This document shows positions 27,552-38,306 of a DNA stretch of 64,000 nucleotides, piece by piece. Made by a program: the position numbers and the translations under genes. The DNA lies in the IMG/VR virus record IMGVR_UViG_3300037258_000161, positions 44,412-108,411 of that record, one strand, 5' to 3'. Below the pieces are notes generated by a model that was not told where the DNA came from, ran no database searches, and saw only the letters and a program-made list of their open reading frames with translations. Every line of letters starts with the position of its first letter. Position 1 is the first letter of the stretch. This DNA is from a virus.

Positions 27552-28862
27552 TTGGCATTCCCTCGGCCCTCACTGGACCGAGGTTCCCGGGTGCTCATGC
27601 GGCGCTCCGGGTGATTCCCGCTGCCCCGGCGAGTGCCGGGGACTTCTGCGGGCGTGAGACCCCGTGCCCCGGGGCGTGCGCAGGGACAAGCTCACCAGTG
27701 GTGAGCAGGAGTCCCCGGGCAAGGATGTTGCGCGCGGCATTGCGATCTGCGTGATCCTCGTGGCCGCACTCCTGGCACCGGAATACCGCTTGGCTCTCGC
27801 GGTTCTCCTTAGCCGTGTGACCGCAGACGTGGCACTGCTGCGAAGTGAAACGCGGGTCGATCTGGACGACCGTGACTCCGGAGGCGACGGCTTTGTGCTC
27901 TAGCCGCTCAGCTAGCACTCCCCAGCAGGAGGCAAGGATGCCCCGGCTCAGGCTGGCCCGTGCGCGAGCCTGGTTTCGGAGGAAGTTCCCGGCTAGGTCG
28001 GGGTCCGGCTTGGCCGCGGGTCGCCTGATCATGCCCTTGATGTTGAGCTTCTCCAGCACGACCAAGTCGTGGTCGGAGACTATGCGCGTGCTGATCTTCT
28101 CCGCCCAGTCTCTGCGGCGGTCGGCCACTCGCGCGGCCATGACGGCAAGGGTGCGACGTGTGCGCTCACGCTTGGCCGAACGCTTGTGCTGCCGTGCCAT
28201 GCGCTGCTGAAGGGCGATGTAGTGCTGGGCTTGGGCGGCCGAGATCCGGGGAGCGCGGTAGTGCTGACCGTCTGATGTGACCAGTGCGGTACGGATGCCT
28301 CGGTCAAGGCCAACCGAACCCTTGGTGGACTCGCGCCTGATGGCAGGCTGCGGTGCGGGGAAGGACACATGCCAGCGGCCGGTCTTGTCACAAGTGACCC
28401 GGGCCATACGCAGTTCGGTGGGCAGTTGGCGCGTCCACCGGAAGCGGACGTAGCCGCACTTCGGCACGAACACTGCTCCCCAGCGACGATTTAGTCTCCG
28501 AGCCTTGGTATCGCGGATCACGAAGCCCTGGCGCCCGCGCTTGCTGCGGTAAGACGGCATCCCGGCAACCCTGGACTTGTCGAAAAAGGCGCCCAGCGCA
28601 CGGTCGAAATCCCGGAGCGCCTGCTGCTGGACGGACGACGCCCCGGCCGCGAGCCAGGGTTCCGCTTTGCGCGCTTCCGCCAACTGCCGCTGGCGATCCG
28701 CGCTGCCCGGCGCTCGCCCGCGTCCGGGGCGCCACCACGACTGCTGCTCCACGGCGAGGTTCCAGACGAACCGGGCGTGCGCACAGTGCTCCAGGAGGGT
28801 TGCCTCCTGGCGAGCATCAGGGCACAGGCGGTTCCGTATGGCCATGTTGTACATTGTACTGC
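27552..28862 (-). mobile_element. IS200/IS605-family TnpB-only element (no tnpA seen); omegaRNA expected at ~27552-27700
   Basis: tnpB plus 3' hairpin CCTCGGTCC-AGTGA-GGGCCGAGG ending ...GCCAA; left end not defined. Confidence 0.6.
27595..28845 (-). CDS. tnpB: RNA-guided endonuclease TnpB
   Basis: HARFVWN, QQQALRD, RuvC GLDRG / VLEKL / HADRNAARNI, zinc finger CHVC...CQEC. Confidence 0.92.
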   Translation of the reverse strand: MAIRNRLCPDARQEATLLEHCAHARFVWNLAVEQQSWWRPGRGRAPGSADRQRQLAEARKAEPWLAAGASSVQQQALRDFDRALGAFFDKSRVAGMPSYRSKRGRQGFVIRDTKARRLNRRWGAVFVPKCGYVRFRWTRQLPTELRMARVTCDKTGRWHVSFPAPQPAIRRESTKGSVGLDRGIRTALVTSDGQHYRAPRISAAQAQHYIALQQRMARQHKRSAKRERTRRTLAVMAARVADRRRDWAEKISTRIVSDHDLVVLEKLNIKGMIRRPAAKPDPDLAGNFLRNQARARASLSRGILASCWGVLAERLEHKAVASGVTVVQIDPRFTSQQCHVCGHTAKENRESQAVFRCQECGHEDHADRNAARNILARGLLLTTGELVPAHAPGHGVSRPQKSPALAGAAGITRSAA

Positions 28863-29015
28863 ATGGCACGACAGACTGAGCGGCTTGACCTGCGGATAGA
28901 CCCGGAACTCCGGGAAGCAATCGAGCGGATAGCCCAAGCGAAGGATCGCTCCGTTGCATGGGTAGTGCGGGACGCACTGAGGCGCTACGTCCAGCAGGAA
29001 CAACCCCCGGGCTGA
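28863..29015 (+). CDS. CopG/Arc ribbon-helix-helix protein, divergent from tnpB
   Basis: RLDLRIDPELREAIERIAQAKDRSVAWVVRDALRRY. Confidence 0.75.
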   Translation: MARQTERLDLRIDPELREAIERIAQAKDRSVAWVVRDALRRYVQQEQPPG

Positions 29016-29566
29016 GTCCGCTCATCACTTCCCCGGTCAGCCGTGGCGCCGCAGGAGCCGTCGCCACGCGGGAACGGGCAGCGCCAGCGAGGCTTCCGTG
29101 TAGGTGCCCGGCTCCCACTGCTCGCCCTCGGTGCGGCCCATGCCGACCACGCGGGCCACGATGCGGTCACCCTCGCGGGTCATGGTGAGCGCGCCCCGCG
29201 TCGTGCCATTGGAGATGGGCCACCAGAACCGGCTGACTACATCGGCAGGCAGGGCGTCCAGCGCCTCAGTGTTGGCCTTGGCGTGGCGGCAGTGGTTGTC
29301 GTCGTTGTCGGCCCACCGCATCGCCTCGTCCAGGTCGTGGTGCTCGCCGTGCTCCGCGAGTGAGTAGCCAACGCCACCCGGGTAGACCTTCGCCAGCGCG
29401 GGGTCGATCTTGCGCAGCAGGTACCTGGTCGCCAGGTGGGATGGCTCGCCGGGGAGTTCGATCCGCACGATGACGTACTTGCCGTCCGTGCTGCGCCACA
29501 GGCCGCTGCGCAGGTCCGTCGTCCAGGTGCGCCCTTGTGTGTCGGTAATCCGGGTGCTGGTGGTGG

Positions 29567-30724
29567 TCATTGCCTTGCTCCTATCTCGATGATGTCGGCC
29601 CCTTTGCGGGACTCGTAGGCCAGACCGAGCGCATCGCGCGCCTTGTCCGGGCCGATGTGCAGGTCACGCCTCACGCGGGCCAGCGAGACGGCCTCCGCGC
29701 CGTACACGTCGAGCATGGCTCCGACGTTGAGCGCGAGGTCTTCTGCTGGCATGCTCCGTGAGCGTGTCGCTGAGAGTTTGAGAGCGGGTGCCGTGCGCGA
29801 CTTCGTGCGCGCCTCGTGAGCGGGTGCCGGGGTGTCACCGTGACTGATTCCGTCCGTGGGCTCGTGAGCGACGGGCGGCATGGCTTGTGCTGCATTCGGT
29901 GACGCTTCCGGTGCGCGCACCGGAGCGGCCCCGTTGCGGATCTCGGCGCGCTTACGGGTCACCTTCACGGCCACGTCCTCGCGGCGCGTCAGGCCGTGCA
30001 CCACCCAGTCCTCAACGGGCTTCTCCCAGGCTGCCGCTCCCTTCCCCTCGGCGCCCTCGGCGACAGCCATCAGGACGGCAGCCGGGGGACGCGAGTGGAC
30101 GATCTGGCGCTTGAGGAGTGACGGGACGCGCAGCCGCCAGAAGATGCCCTTCTGGTCACGGACGAAGTCGAGGGCGTAGCGCCGGGCGTCGGCGGTCTCC
30201 GAGGCGAGCGCCACCTCGTCCTCGGTGACGGCCACCGCGTGGACCGCGGCCTCGGCGGCAAGCACCGGGAGGAAGAACGCGATCGTCACCGCGGCGTGGC
30301 CGACCATCGCGGGGAAGTTGCCGTGCGCCGCGTAGACGTTGAGGAACAGGCTGGCGGCGGCGAACGGGTACGGCGCCCAGCGGAGCCACGCCTTCGGCTT
30401 GCCCTTGCGCTGCAGCCACAGCCCGAGGATGTAGAGGAACAGGAACGCGCCCTCGGTCGCGGCCGGGACGGTCCAGGCGTCCGGCATCTCCGGGGAGAGC
30501 AGATCCGTGACCGTGCGGAACATGTCCAGGAAGAACACGGGCGCCAGGCCGCAGCCGAGCATGATGATGATGGCCAGGAGCGGGCGGTCCCATGAGCCGC
30601 CTGGACGGGACTTCCGGGCCGAGGCGAGCAAGGGCTTCGCGGCCTGGGTCACGGCGGCCACGAGGAACGCCGCGGCGGCGATGCCGAGCGTGAAGCCCAG
30701 CGGAATGTTCGGGATGGCAGGCAT
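29567..30724 (-). CDS. DUF2637/Spd-like membrane protein
   Basis: Several TM helices, SLFLNV.A, low-complexity linker, C-terminal HTH (SLARVRRDLHIGPDKAR). Confidence 0.65.
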   Translation of the reverse strand: MPAIPNIPLGFTLGIAAAAFLVAAVTQAAKPLLASARKSRPGGSWDRPLLAIIIMLGCGLAPVFFLDMFRTVTDLLSPEMPDAWTVPAATEGAFLFLYILGLWLQRKGKPKAWLRWAPYPFAAASLFLNVYAAHGNFPAMVGHAAVTIAFFLPVLAAEAAVHAVAVTEDEVALASETADARRYALDFVRDQKGIFWRLRVPSLLKRQIVHSRPPAAVLMAVAEGAEGKGAAAWEKPVEDWVVHGLTRREDVAVKVTRKRAEIRNGAAPVRAPEASPNAAQAMPPVAHEPTDGISHGDTPAPAHEARTKSRTAPALKLSATRSRSMPAEDLALNVGAMLDVYGAEAVSLARVRRDLHIGPDKARDALGLAYESRKGADIIEIGARQ

Positions 30725-30729
30725 GGGTT

Positions 30730-32787
30730 CTAGGCTCCCGTGGCTTCGGACTCAGTGTGATCAGAACCGGACACAACGTGCAGGGATGCGCGCACTGGGG
30801 CGTATGTGCCGTGCTTTGTCTTCGTGATGCGCCCGGCCTCGGTCAGGCTGCGGAGCGCGTCACGCCAGGCGCCCATGCTGAACGGCTTCGCGCGGCCCCA
30901 CTGGCCGGTGACGAGCTTCCCGGCCCGGATGATGATCTCCCCGCGGTCAAGTTCGGCGCCTGCCTCGTCCAGAACGGCGAGAATGGCGTCCGCGGCGGTG
31001 CGCCCGGGAGGGGCTTCGTCGTCTTGCGGCGGGACGGCAGCGAGCGGAGCAGCGGACGGGATTGCCAGCTGGACGCCGCCCTGCGCCATTGCGCGGTCCA
31101 TCGCCTCGCGGAACCTGTCGTCCAGTGCGGGCACGACAGGGTTGCAGCGCTTCATCGCCTTCGGCACCAGGTCGGTGCGCATCGGCGCGTCGGGACGGTT
31201 GTCCGGGCCGACTATGTAACCCAGCCCGGCCGTCTCCTTGCCGTCGGCGAAGTACTGGGGGATTAGCGACGGGTCCTTCTCCAGGCCGAGCATCCCGCCG
31301 GCGACCCGGTTGGCGGTACGGCCACTCCACGCATTCCCGCCGCGGAGCATGTCCCGGAGGGCCTGCTCGCCGCCGAGTTCGGAAAGACCCGGCAGGTGGG
31401 TCGCCAGCCACATGGCCTCGCCGGTCTTGCGGCCCAGGCGCCCGATGTCCAGGGTGAGCTGCACCGCCTTCCGGTCGTCCTTCGAATCGCCGGCGAGCAG
31501 CATGTGCGCCTCATCGAAAATGACCAGGACGATGGGCAGGCCCGTCAGGACGTGGTCGAACATCCCCATGCCGCGCATCGGCACCCCGTCGTCGTCCCAC
31601 TTCAGGCTGGAGAGGTAACGGGAACGGTCCAGCATCCCGGCGTGCAGGCCGCGGAGCATGTTCAGGCACTCCGGCTTCCCGGCGGCATAGAGGCAGCGGT
31701 CGCGCCAGTACGGAAGGGACTGCCCTTCCTGCGGGTCCAGGACCACGGGGACGATGTAGCCGCACTCGATGGCGATGAACAGCAGCAGGTTGAGCACCTC
31801 GGACTTACCCGACCCCGTGGTTCCGCTGATGAGGGCATGGCGCGTACCGAAGCGGGGGGTGAAGAACTTGAAGTGCGCGGCGGACCCGTCCGCGAACCGG
31901 CCGACGATCGCCGTGCCGGTCTGCGGGTCGATCCCCTTGCCATTCCATTCCCGGGTCCGCATGAGGGTGTCGCGGCCGAGGACGGTCAGGTAGCCGCTGG
32001 AGGTGATGCCGTCGGCAGACCGCTCGGCGTAGGCCTCGGTCATCGGCTTGTGCCAGGCGCCGGCGATGTTCTCGGGGGCGGACACGATGTTGCCGATGGT
32101 GGTCTTGATGCCGTCGGTGCGGACCGGGTAGCGCCTGCCGCCTCCGGGGAGTTCCTCCACCATGCCGAGGCTGGCGTTCCAGCGCTTCTCGGCAGTCAGC
32201 AGGTTCCACCGCACGTAGTCGTTCTGCGGGGCGGCAGCAGGGGGCGCTTCCTCGGGGATGCGCCGGAAGTGCCGCACCCACGGGACGATCACCACGAGGG
32301 CGCAGACGGCCAGGACGGCCCGGTAGGCGGCCACGAGCAGGTGCGGCCACGGCGGGGCGAAGCCCGTCAGGCACAGCACGGGGATCCAGAACGCGGACAG
32401 GACAGCCATCGCCTGCCACGCGTGATGCCTGAAGCCGTCCATGTGGCGGGTGAACAGCCAGATCCCCGCCGCGGTCAGGCCGGCGAGGACGAGAGCGGCC
32501 TTGATGTTGTGCGCGGTGCCGGTGCCCAGTCCCGCTGCCAGCACCCAGGCAGCCCAGGCGAACGGCGGCAGGAAGCGGCGGAAACGGTAGGCGCGCGTCT
32601 TGCCGAGGAAGCCGTTCACCTGCGGCGCGGCGGTCACGGGAGCCGCGCCGGGCTGGGCGGCGACCTGGCGGGCGACCTCGCGGACGAGTGCCTTCTGCTG
32701 GCGCTTGCCGAGGTTGATCTGGTGGGCAGGCTTGGGCTGGCCCCGCCGCCAGCGCGGGACTTCCTTCTTGGCCTGACGGCGGGGCAT
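30730..32787 (-). CDS. traB: TraB-like FtsK/SpoIIIE DNA translocase
   Basis: N-terminal TM helices, HALISGTTGSGKS, VIFDEAH, GRKTG, C-terminal winged helix. Confidence 0.8.
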   Translation of the reverse strand: MPRRQAKKEVPRWRRGQPKPAHQINLGKRQQKALVREVARQVAAQPGAAPVTAAPQVNGFLGKTRAYRFRRFLPPFAWAAWVLAAGLGTGTAHNIKAALVLAGLTAAGIWLFTRHMDGFRHHAWQAMAVLSAFWIPVLCLTGFAPPWPHLLVAAYRAVLAVCALVVIVPWVRHFRRIPEEAPPAAAPQNDYVRWNLLTAEKRWNASLGMVEELPGGGRRYPVRTDGIKTTIGNIVSAPENIAGAWHKPMTEAYAERSADGITSSGYLTVLGRDTLMRTREWNGKGIDPQTGTAIVGRFADGSAAHFKFFTPRFGTRHALISGTTGSGKSEVLNLLLFIAIECGYIVPVVLDPQEGQSLPYWRDRCLYAAGKPECLNMLRGLHAGMLDRSRYLSSLKWDDDGVPMRGMGMFDHVLTGLPIVLVIFDEAHMLLAGDSKDDRKAVQLTLDIGRLGRKTGEAMWLATHLPGLSELGGEQALRDMLRGGNAWSGRTANRVAGGMLGLEKDPSLIPQYFADGKETAGLGYIVGPDNRPDAPMRTDLVPKAMKRCNPVVPALDDRFREAMDRAMAQGGVQLAIPSAAPLAAVPPQDDEAPPGRTAADAILAVLDEAGAELDRGEIIIRAGKLVTGQWGRAKPFSMGAWRDALRSLTEAGRITKTKHGTYAPVRASLHVVSGSDHTESEATGA

Positions 32788-32791
32788 CGGT

Positions 32792-33943
32792 CTAGCTCCC
32801 TACGTAGAAGTCGGTCTCGGCGGGACGGGGGATCGGGGCGTCATCGACAGCAGCCTTGATGCCGCCGTGCTCCTTTGTGAGGGCGTCCCTGACGGCGACT
32901 GCCTGCTCGGCAATCGCTTTGTGGTCCTCCTCAGCCTTCTTGAGCTGGTCAACGAGGTCCATCTGCGCGGTCATGGTGCCGCCCTGGACGCCGACTGCCT
33001 GCATGTCCTCCGCGTGCTGCGTGGCGGCGGTGTGGCGCTGGGCCGCCGCGGCGGCGTCCTGCTCGGCCTCCTCGGCGCGCTTGCGGGCGTTCTCCATGAC
33101 GATGTCGTAGTTGGTGTCTGCGGCCACTTGCTCTCCTTGGGTGGTGGGTGATGCGGTGGTGTCGATCGGCTGCGGGTTGCGGGAGGCGTCAGCGCCAGGC
33201 TCTGCCTCGGCGCGCTCGCGCATGCGATTGAGGATGGCTGCGTCCGGGTCACCGGCCGGGGGGATGTTGCCGTCCCGGTCGAGCGGGCCGTCGTAACCGG
33301 ACTCGCGCTGGTCGAAGAACCTCCGGTCAGCGTCACTCTCGGGCTGGCCGTCTACGCGGCGGGTTGGCTCCGGTTCGACAGCAGGGGCGGCGGTGACGAT
33401 CGGGGCGCAGCCCGGCAGGCACGGGTAACCGTCAGGGGCACCGCAACTGGAGCACTTCCATCCGGTCGACTGCCGCTGCTCACGCCGTGCGGCCACCTCG
33501 TCGGCTGCCCTCCGGACTGCCTTCCTTCCTGTTGCCGGACTGCCTTTTGCCTGCTGGGCGGCGAGTTCCTCTTCGATCTCGCGTTGCGCCTCAGCCTGCC
33601 TCGTCCGGTGCTCACGGATGGATGCGGCAGTGTCGCGCTCGGTCTCAAGGTGGTTCGTGCGCGCAGCCTCACGGATGTTCCGCTGCTGGGCGAGAACTGC
33701 CCTGTGGGCAAGCCATCCGGCGTGCCAGCCGGTACGGCCAGCCGGGAAACCGTGGAGTCCCTCACGGATCCAGTAGCCGGCCTGCCGCTGGCGCACTCCG
33801 CGCGAGGCTGACTTCCCCGCGCGTCCCGGCGTTGCCTTTGCGGGTGCTGGCGACGCCTTGGGAGCTCCGGCGCGGGCATTCTTGACTGCGGACTTGGAGA
33901 CGTCCCAGATGGCGATCACGAACAGGATGGCGATGAGTTCCAT
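32792..33943 (-). CDS. Membrane-anchored coiled-coil protein upstream of traB (probable internal start 33127)
   Basis: N-terminal TM, CxxC motif, C-terminal HGGIKAAVDDAP...FY; AAGGAG RBS before GTG 33127. Confidence 0.6.
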   Translation of the reverse strand: MELIAILFVIAIWDVSKSAVKNARAGAPKASPAPAKATPGRAGKSASRGVRQRQAGYWIREGLHGFPAGRTGWHAGWLAHRAVLAQQRNIREAARTNHLETERDTAASIREHRTRQAEAQREIEEELAAQQAKGSPATGRKAVRRAADEVAARREQRQSTGWKCSSCGAPDGYPCLPGCAPIVTAAPAVEPEPTRRVDGQPESDADRRFFDQRESGYDGPLDRDGNIPPAGDPDAAILNRMRERAEAEPGADASRNPQPIDTTASPTTQGEQVAADTNYDIVMENARKRAEEAEQDAAAAAQRHTAATQHAEDMQAVGVQGGTMTAQMDLVDQLKKAEEDHKAIAEQAVAVRDALTKEHGGIKAAVDDAPIPRPAETDFYVGS

Positions 33944-33951
33944 GTCACACC

Positions 33952-34377
33952 TCAGATCGAGTTCAGGGCGGACACGGCGTTGCCGGTCAGCGAGAGGATG
34001 GCCCCGCGCAGGCCGGCCAGTGCCGGGATCCCCGCCACGCCGACTGCGACGAGGACACCGAGGGCCAGCGCAATCCAGCCGGTCGACTTCTTCGCCTTGC
34101 CCTTCGGGTGCAGGTGATGGGCAAGCACGATGGCCAGGAGGATGAACAATCCGGCGGCGAACCCCGTGCCGAGGGCCCAGCCGGTCACGGACCCGAAGGT
34201 GTTCTGCGCCCAGGTGCCGATGTCAGCGAGTATCCGGCCGATGAAGCCGGACGTCCCGACGATGACGACGCCGAGGAATGCGAGCACGGCCCGAGCTTTC
34301 GCCCAGGTCCCAAGCCAGTACAGGACGCCGAACAGGAGCAGGAACAGCACTCCCAGCTCGGGGACGGTCAGTTTCAT
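33952..34377 (-). CDS. Multi-TM membrane protein (Spd-like)
   Basis: About four hydrophobic helices; in the tra operon. Confidence 0.55.
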   Translation of the reverse strand: MKLTVPELGVLFLLLFGVLYWLGTWAKARAVLAFLGVVIVGTSGFIGRILADIGTWAQNTFGSVTGWALGTGFAAGLFILLAIVLAHHLHPKGKAKKSTGWIALALGVLVAVGVAGIPALAGLRGAILSLTGNAVSALNSI

Positions 34378-36651
34378 CAGGCCCTCCTAGAGCCAGTGGG
34401 TGACGAGCAGATAGACGACGACGGCGGCCACGGCACGGGCAGGGGACTCGGCCAGCCACTCCGCGACATCCAGGCACGCCTTGACGACGAGGTGCAGCCA
34501 TCCCCAGGCCCGGCGCAGGGCGCGGGCGGCAGGGGACTTGCACTCGCCGGCGGCTTCCACGTGGCGCAGGTGCGCGGAGTGCAGGGAGCCGTGATCGACC
34601 TGGAGCAGGTTCGTCCCCCTCGGGATGACGAACGCGCCGAAGACCCGGGTCAGGAAGTCCCTGGCCCGGGTGTACGGGTCGTCGGGGACGGGTGTGACGC
34701 GGGCAAGCGGAAGGGCAGTTGGTATGCTTTCGCGCGCGCGCGCCTGGACGCCTTGACTCCTGGCGTCCGGTTCAGGCGGCAGACTGCCCTTTGCGACTGC
34801 CTCACTAGCGCGGCTGGTCATAGCCGCCTCCGTCCAGGCGCGCGGCGAGCTGCGCCAGGAGATCGCCCGCGTAATCCAGGAGCTGGTCCGCCTGGGTGAG
34901 CGCACGAGGGTCGGCCACGGCCAGCAGGCCGAGACCGCCGGGCCTCGTGTGCCGGTGGATCATCAGCCGCACCGAGGAGCGGAACCAGTCCGCCTTCACG
35001 GCGAACCGTGACGACGCGTCACCGGAGGCGGTGAGCTTGCGCTGCCAGCGCTCCTTGCGCTGCTGCGCCTTCGTCTTCGTCTCGCCGAGATCCTGGCGGC
35101 GGGTGCGGGTGGTCACGAGGCCCTCACCGTGGCGAGCTTCTTCCAGGTGCCGTCAGCGAACGCGACGGCCTCGAACTGGTCCCACTTGCCGCGGCCCCAC
35201 TTGTTGCCCGTCAGCCAGCCGGTCAGGATCTCCCTGAGCTCGGCCGGGTTCGCCGGGTCGGCCTGCACCTTGAACGAGTCCTCCTTGCGGCCCTTGCGGC
35301 GGATCTCGATCTCGAGCGGCTGGCTGGTCATCGGGCTCTCCTGTCGCTGATGTACTCGGTCAGGGACGGGATCCAGCGGTGCCCGATCGCGAGGATTACC
35401 CCGCTGGCAAGGCCACCAAGGAACTGTGCGGGGAGCCCGTAGCCGAGCCACGGGCAGATAGCCAGGTAGGCAGCGAGGGACGGGACAGCCACGGCCAGTT
35501 CCTTCGCCGCCGCCCGGCTTCCGTAGTCGCGCGCCGTGCGGCGGCACGACAGCACCGTCCCGGTAGTGGCAGCGACAGCCAGGATGATGTAGGCGACGAA
35601 GTTCGGGCTCATGCGCGCTCGTTCTCCTTGCCGCGCATCGCGCGCCACGTCTCCCGTAGCGAGTGGCCGGGGAGCGATGAGAGGGAGCCGACGGGCACCC
35701 ATATGGCCGGGCCGAGATCCTCGTCCTCGTCGCAGGGCTGCACGAGGGCGACGGAGTAGGGCGCGTCGTCGTGCTCCTGGACGTAGAGGATGACCGCCTC
35801 GGAGCCATCGGGCAGCGTCACCATCGCGTGCGGCCGGTCCCAGCGGACGCTCACCTTGAAGCGGCGCGGGATGACGTGCCACAGCGGGTGCAGGTCGATA
35901 CTGATCCGCTCCAGCACCCAGTTCCCGAGGCCGTCGAGGATGTGCATCGCGCCGAGGATGGCGAGCAGGACCACGATGATGGCCGGGTCGCCGTGCAGGG
36001 TGTAGGTCATGACTGGGCGCCTTCCTGGACGCTGGACTTGAGGACGGCAGGCGCGGGAGCGAGGCCCGGGAGGCGGCGCACGTAGACGGCGGCGATGAAC
36101 TGGTGCTCGCCCATCGATGAGGTAGCGATGTTCTCGACGGCTTCGACGGTGAGGTTCGCGTCCGGCCCGTACAGGTCGCGGGCGCGGGCCAGGGCAGCGG
36201 ATTCCAGTTCCGGGATGCTCGCGGCGCGCACGTTTGCCCGGAGCAGGTCCCGGCCATCGCCCGCAGGGACGGGGGACGCGGTGCCGAGGTGACGCAGAGG
36301 CGGCAGACGCAGCAGCAGCGAGCTCAGCACGTTCAGAGTGCAGGTCAGGACCGTGATGGTGCCGAGGGCGGCGAGGACGATAATGAGCCAGCCCAGCCAG
36401 CCGAAGTCGTTGGCGAGGAAGAAGAACGGCGCGGCCCACCATGGGTGAGGGCCGAAGGTGCCCGTGATGTCATGCATGGCGGGTGATCGCTTCCTGGGAA
36501 GTGGGAGCACAGTGAGCCGCAGCGCTGGGCGTCCGGCTCACTGTGCGACTGGGGGGCGGGAACTTTGCCGCGTAGTACGCCCGGTAGCGGTCCAGTTCCA
36601 GGTCACGGGGAGCGGTTACCCATGCAGCATGGGGGTCGGTGGTCGTGGCGT

Positions 36652-37239
36652 TCATGACGCGCGCACCTCCTGTGCTGCGAACCGCTCAAGCGCGGGCCAG
36701 AGCAGGTCGTTGCGGCCCCACCGGGGGTCGATGACGGTGACCCGGAATGCCCGGCAAAGGGCGTCCACGGCGTCCGCGTGGCAGATGCCGTAGCCCACGT
36801 GCGGGTCGCGGAGGTCGCGGCGCGGCAGCTGGGCGCCGAAGCGCGTGTAGGCCGCACCGTTGTGACGGGTGACGACGTGAGCCTTCCCGTAGCGCACGCG
36901 GCGGCGGGACGACCGCTGGGCGATCACGATGAGGCCGGTCCCGTCCGTCTCCCGCAGGATGCGGCCGAGGACACCGGGACTGGCGAAGCCTTCCACGGCT
37001 GCCCGCTGCTCCCATGTCCCGTCACCGGAGTACCCGGGCTGCGAGCAGTCCGTGACGAAGCCCGCGCGGTTGCAGGCAGCGAGGGCGCCGGTGAGCGGGC
37101 ACGTCTCCTCGTCGGGGCCGCAGTTCGGGGCGTAGGCCGGCTGGGACATGATGTCCCCTTCCAGCCACTGGGCCGTCAGGTTCCCGAGGTCGGCGAGCGT
37201 GCGGGCCGAGGCCCAGCGCTTGCGGTCGGCGCGGTTCAT
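36652..37239 (-). CDS. DUF6919-like protein
   Basis: W..ARTLADLG.L.A.WLEG...DEET...NRAGFVT..SQPG...QRAAVEGF (recalled family). Confidence 0.6.
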   Translation of the reverse strand: MNRADRKRWASARTLADLGNLTAQWLEGDIMSQPAYAPNCGPDEETCPLTGALAACNRAGFVTDCSQPGYSGDGTWEQRAAVEGFASPGVLGRILRETDGTGLIVIAQRSSRRRVRYGKAHVVTRHNGAAYTRFGAQLPRRDLRDPHVGYGICHADAVDALCRAFRVTVIDPRWGRNDLLWPALERFAAQEVRAS

Positions 37240-38042
37240 CGCTCGCCCTCCGCCGTGATCCGCTGGTACTCGTCCTGCGGCCAGAGGTCCAGTGACCAGC
37301 CGGCGAGCATCACGTCGTCCTGCGCACCGAGGGGAAGGGACTCCGCCTCAGGGTGGCCAGCCGGGGGACCGTAGTCCTCGTCCGGGGCGCTGGCGGGCGG
37401 GGCGCCGTCCCGCAGCCATGCAGGCACCGGCCGGTCCTCGGCCTTGTAGGTGCAGGCGATGACGTCGCTGATGTTGCCGACACGCTCGGCCATCGCGGCG
37501 AAGCAGGCACGCCAGTGCAGCGGGACCTGCTCCGGTTCCGGGCGGGGTGCGTGGCGCTGGGCGCGGCGCATGATCTTCTGCTGCAGGATGGGGTCCACGG
37601 TTCCGGCCTTCCGATCCAGGCTTGGAGTCCGAGCCCCTGTGATGCCGGTGACACGGCATCCGGGGGCGCTTTTCGTTGCGGGGCTCATGACGGGCGCCCC
37701 TGGCGGTGATAGTCGCGGATGATGTGACCGGGGGAGTTCAGCCGCTGCGCTTCCCAGGTGACACCCTCAGTGCAGTCGTTGTGTGGTCCGTCGTGGCCGT
37801 CGAGCAGGTAGCAGCGCAGCGTGGCGAACATGGCGCGCTCGCCGCCGACAGGGCGTTCGGCGGCGCACTGGATTCCGGTGACTGGCTGGGTCATGACACC
37901 ACCGCCCGGCGCTTCTCGCAGCAGTCCCAGCAGATGAGCGGGCCGGTGGCCGACTGCCAGTAGGTCTCGCCTGGCTTCTGGCCGCAGTCCTCACAGAGGT
38001 TGCGGGCCTTGCGCTGGCTGCGGACCCAGTCGGGGAGGCGGG

Positions 38043-38306
38043 TCATGACGTGCTCCCGGTCGTTTCCGGCCATGCGGTGAACGCGTCCACCCAGGCGACG
38101 GGCACGAGCCACTTCTCGCCGATGCGCTTGGCCGGGACCTCGGACGGGTCCGCAAGGTGGCGGCGCTTGAGGTGGGCGACGGAGACGCCGAGAATGCGGG
38201 CTGCCTTGGCGATCGGGTACATCCGCGGCTCCGGTGCACTAGGCGGCCGGGAAGCAACTGAGGCGGAATCAGCGCTCAAGGTCACTCCCGGGGTCCAGTG
38301 GCTCAC
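38043..38306 (-). CDS. Excisionase-like HTH_17 protein, first gene of the leftward operon
   Basis: YPIAKAARILGVS...VPAKRIGEKWLVP. Confidence 0.65.
   Translation of the reverse strand: MSHWTPGVTLSADSASVASRPPSAPEPRMYPIAKAARILGVSVAHLKRRHLADPSEVPAKRIGEKWLVPVAWVDAFTAWPETTGSTS

Noticed and set aside
28846-29118. 507-aa TnpB with long N-terminal extension, as given in the ORF track
   Set aside because: The extension overlaps the RHH gene on the other strand; TnpB similarity begins near 28845
33803-33813. Partial match (CGAGGCTGACT) to the predicted TnpB guide
   Set aside because: Only 11 nt and not covering the guide 5' end; expected by chance
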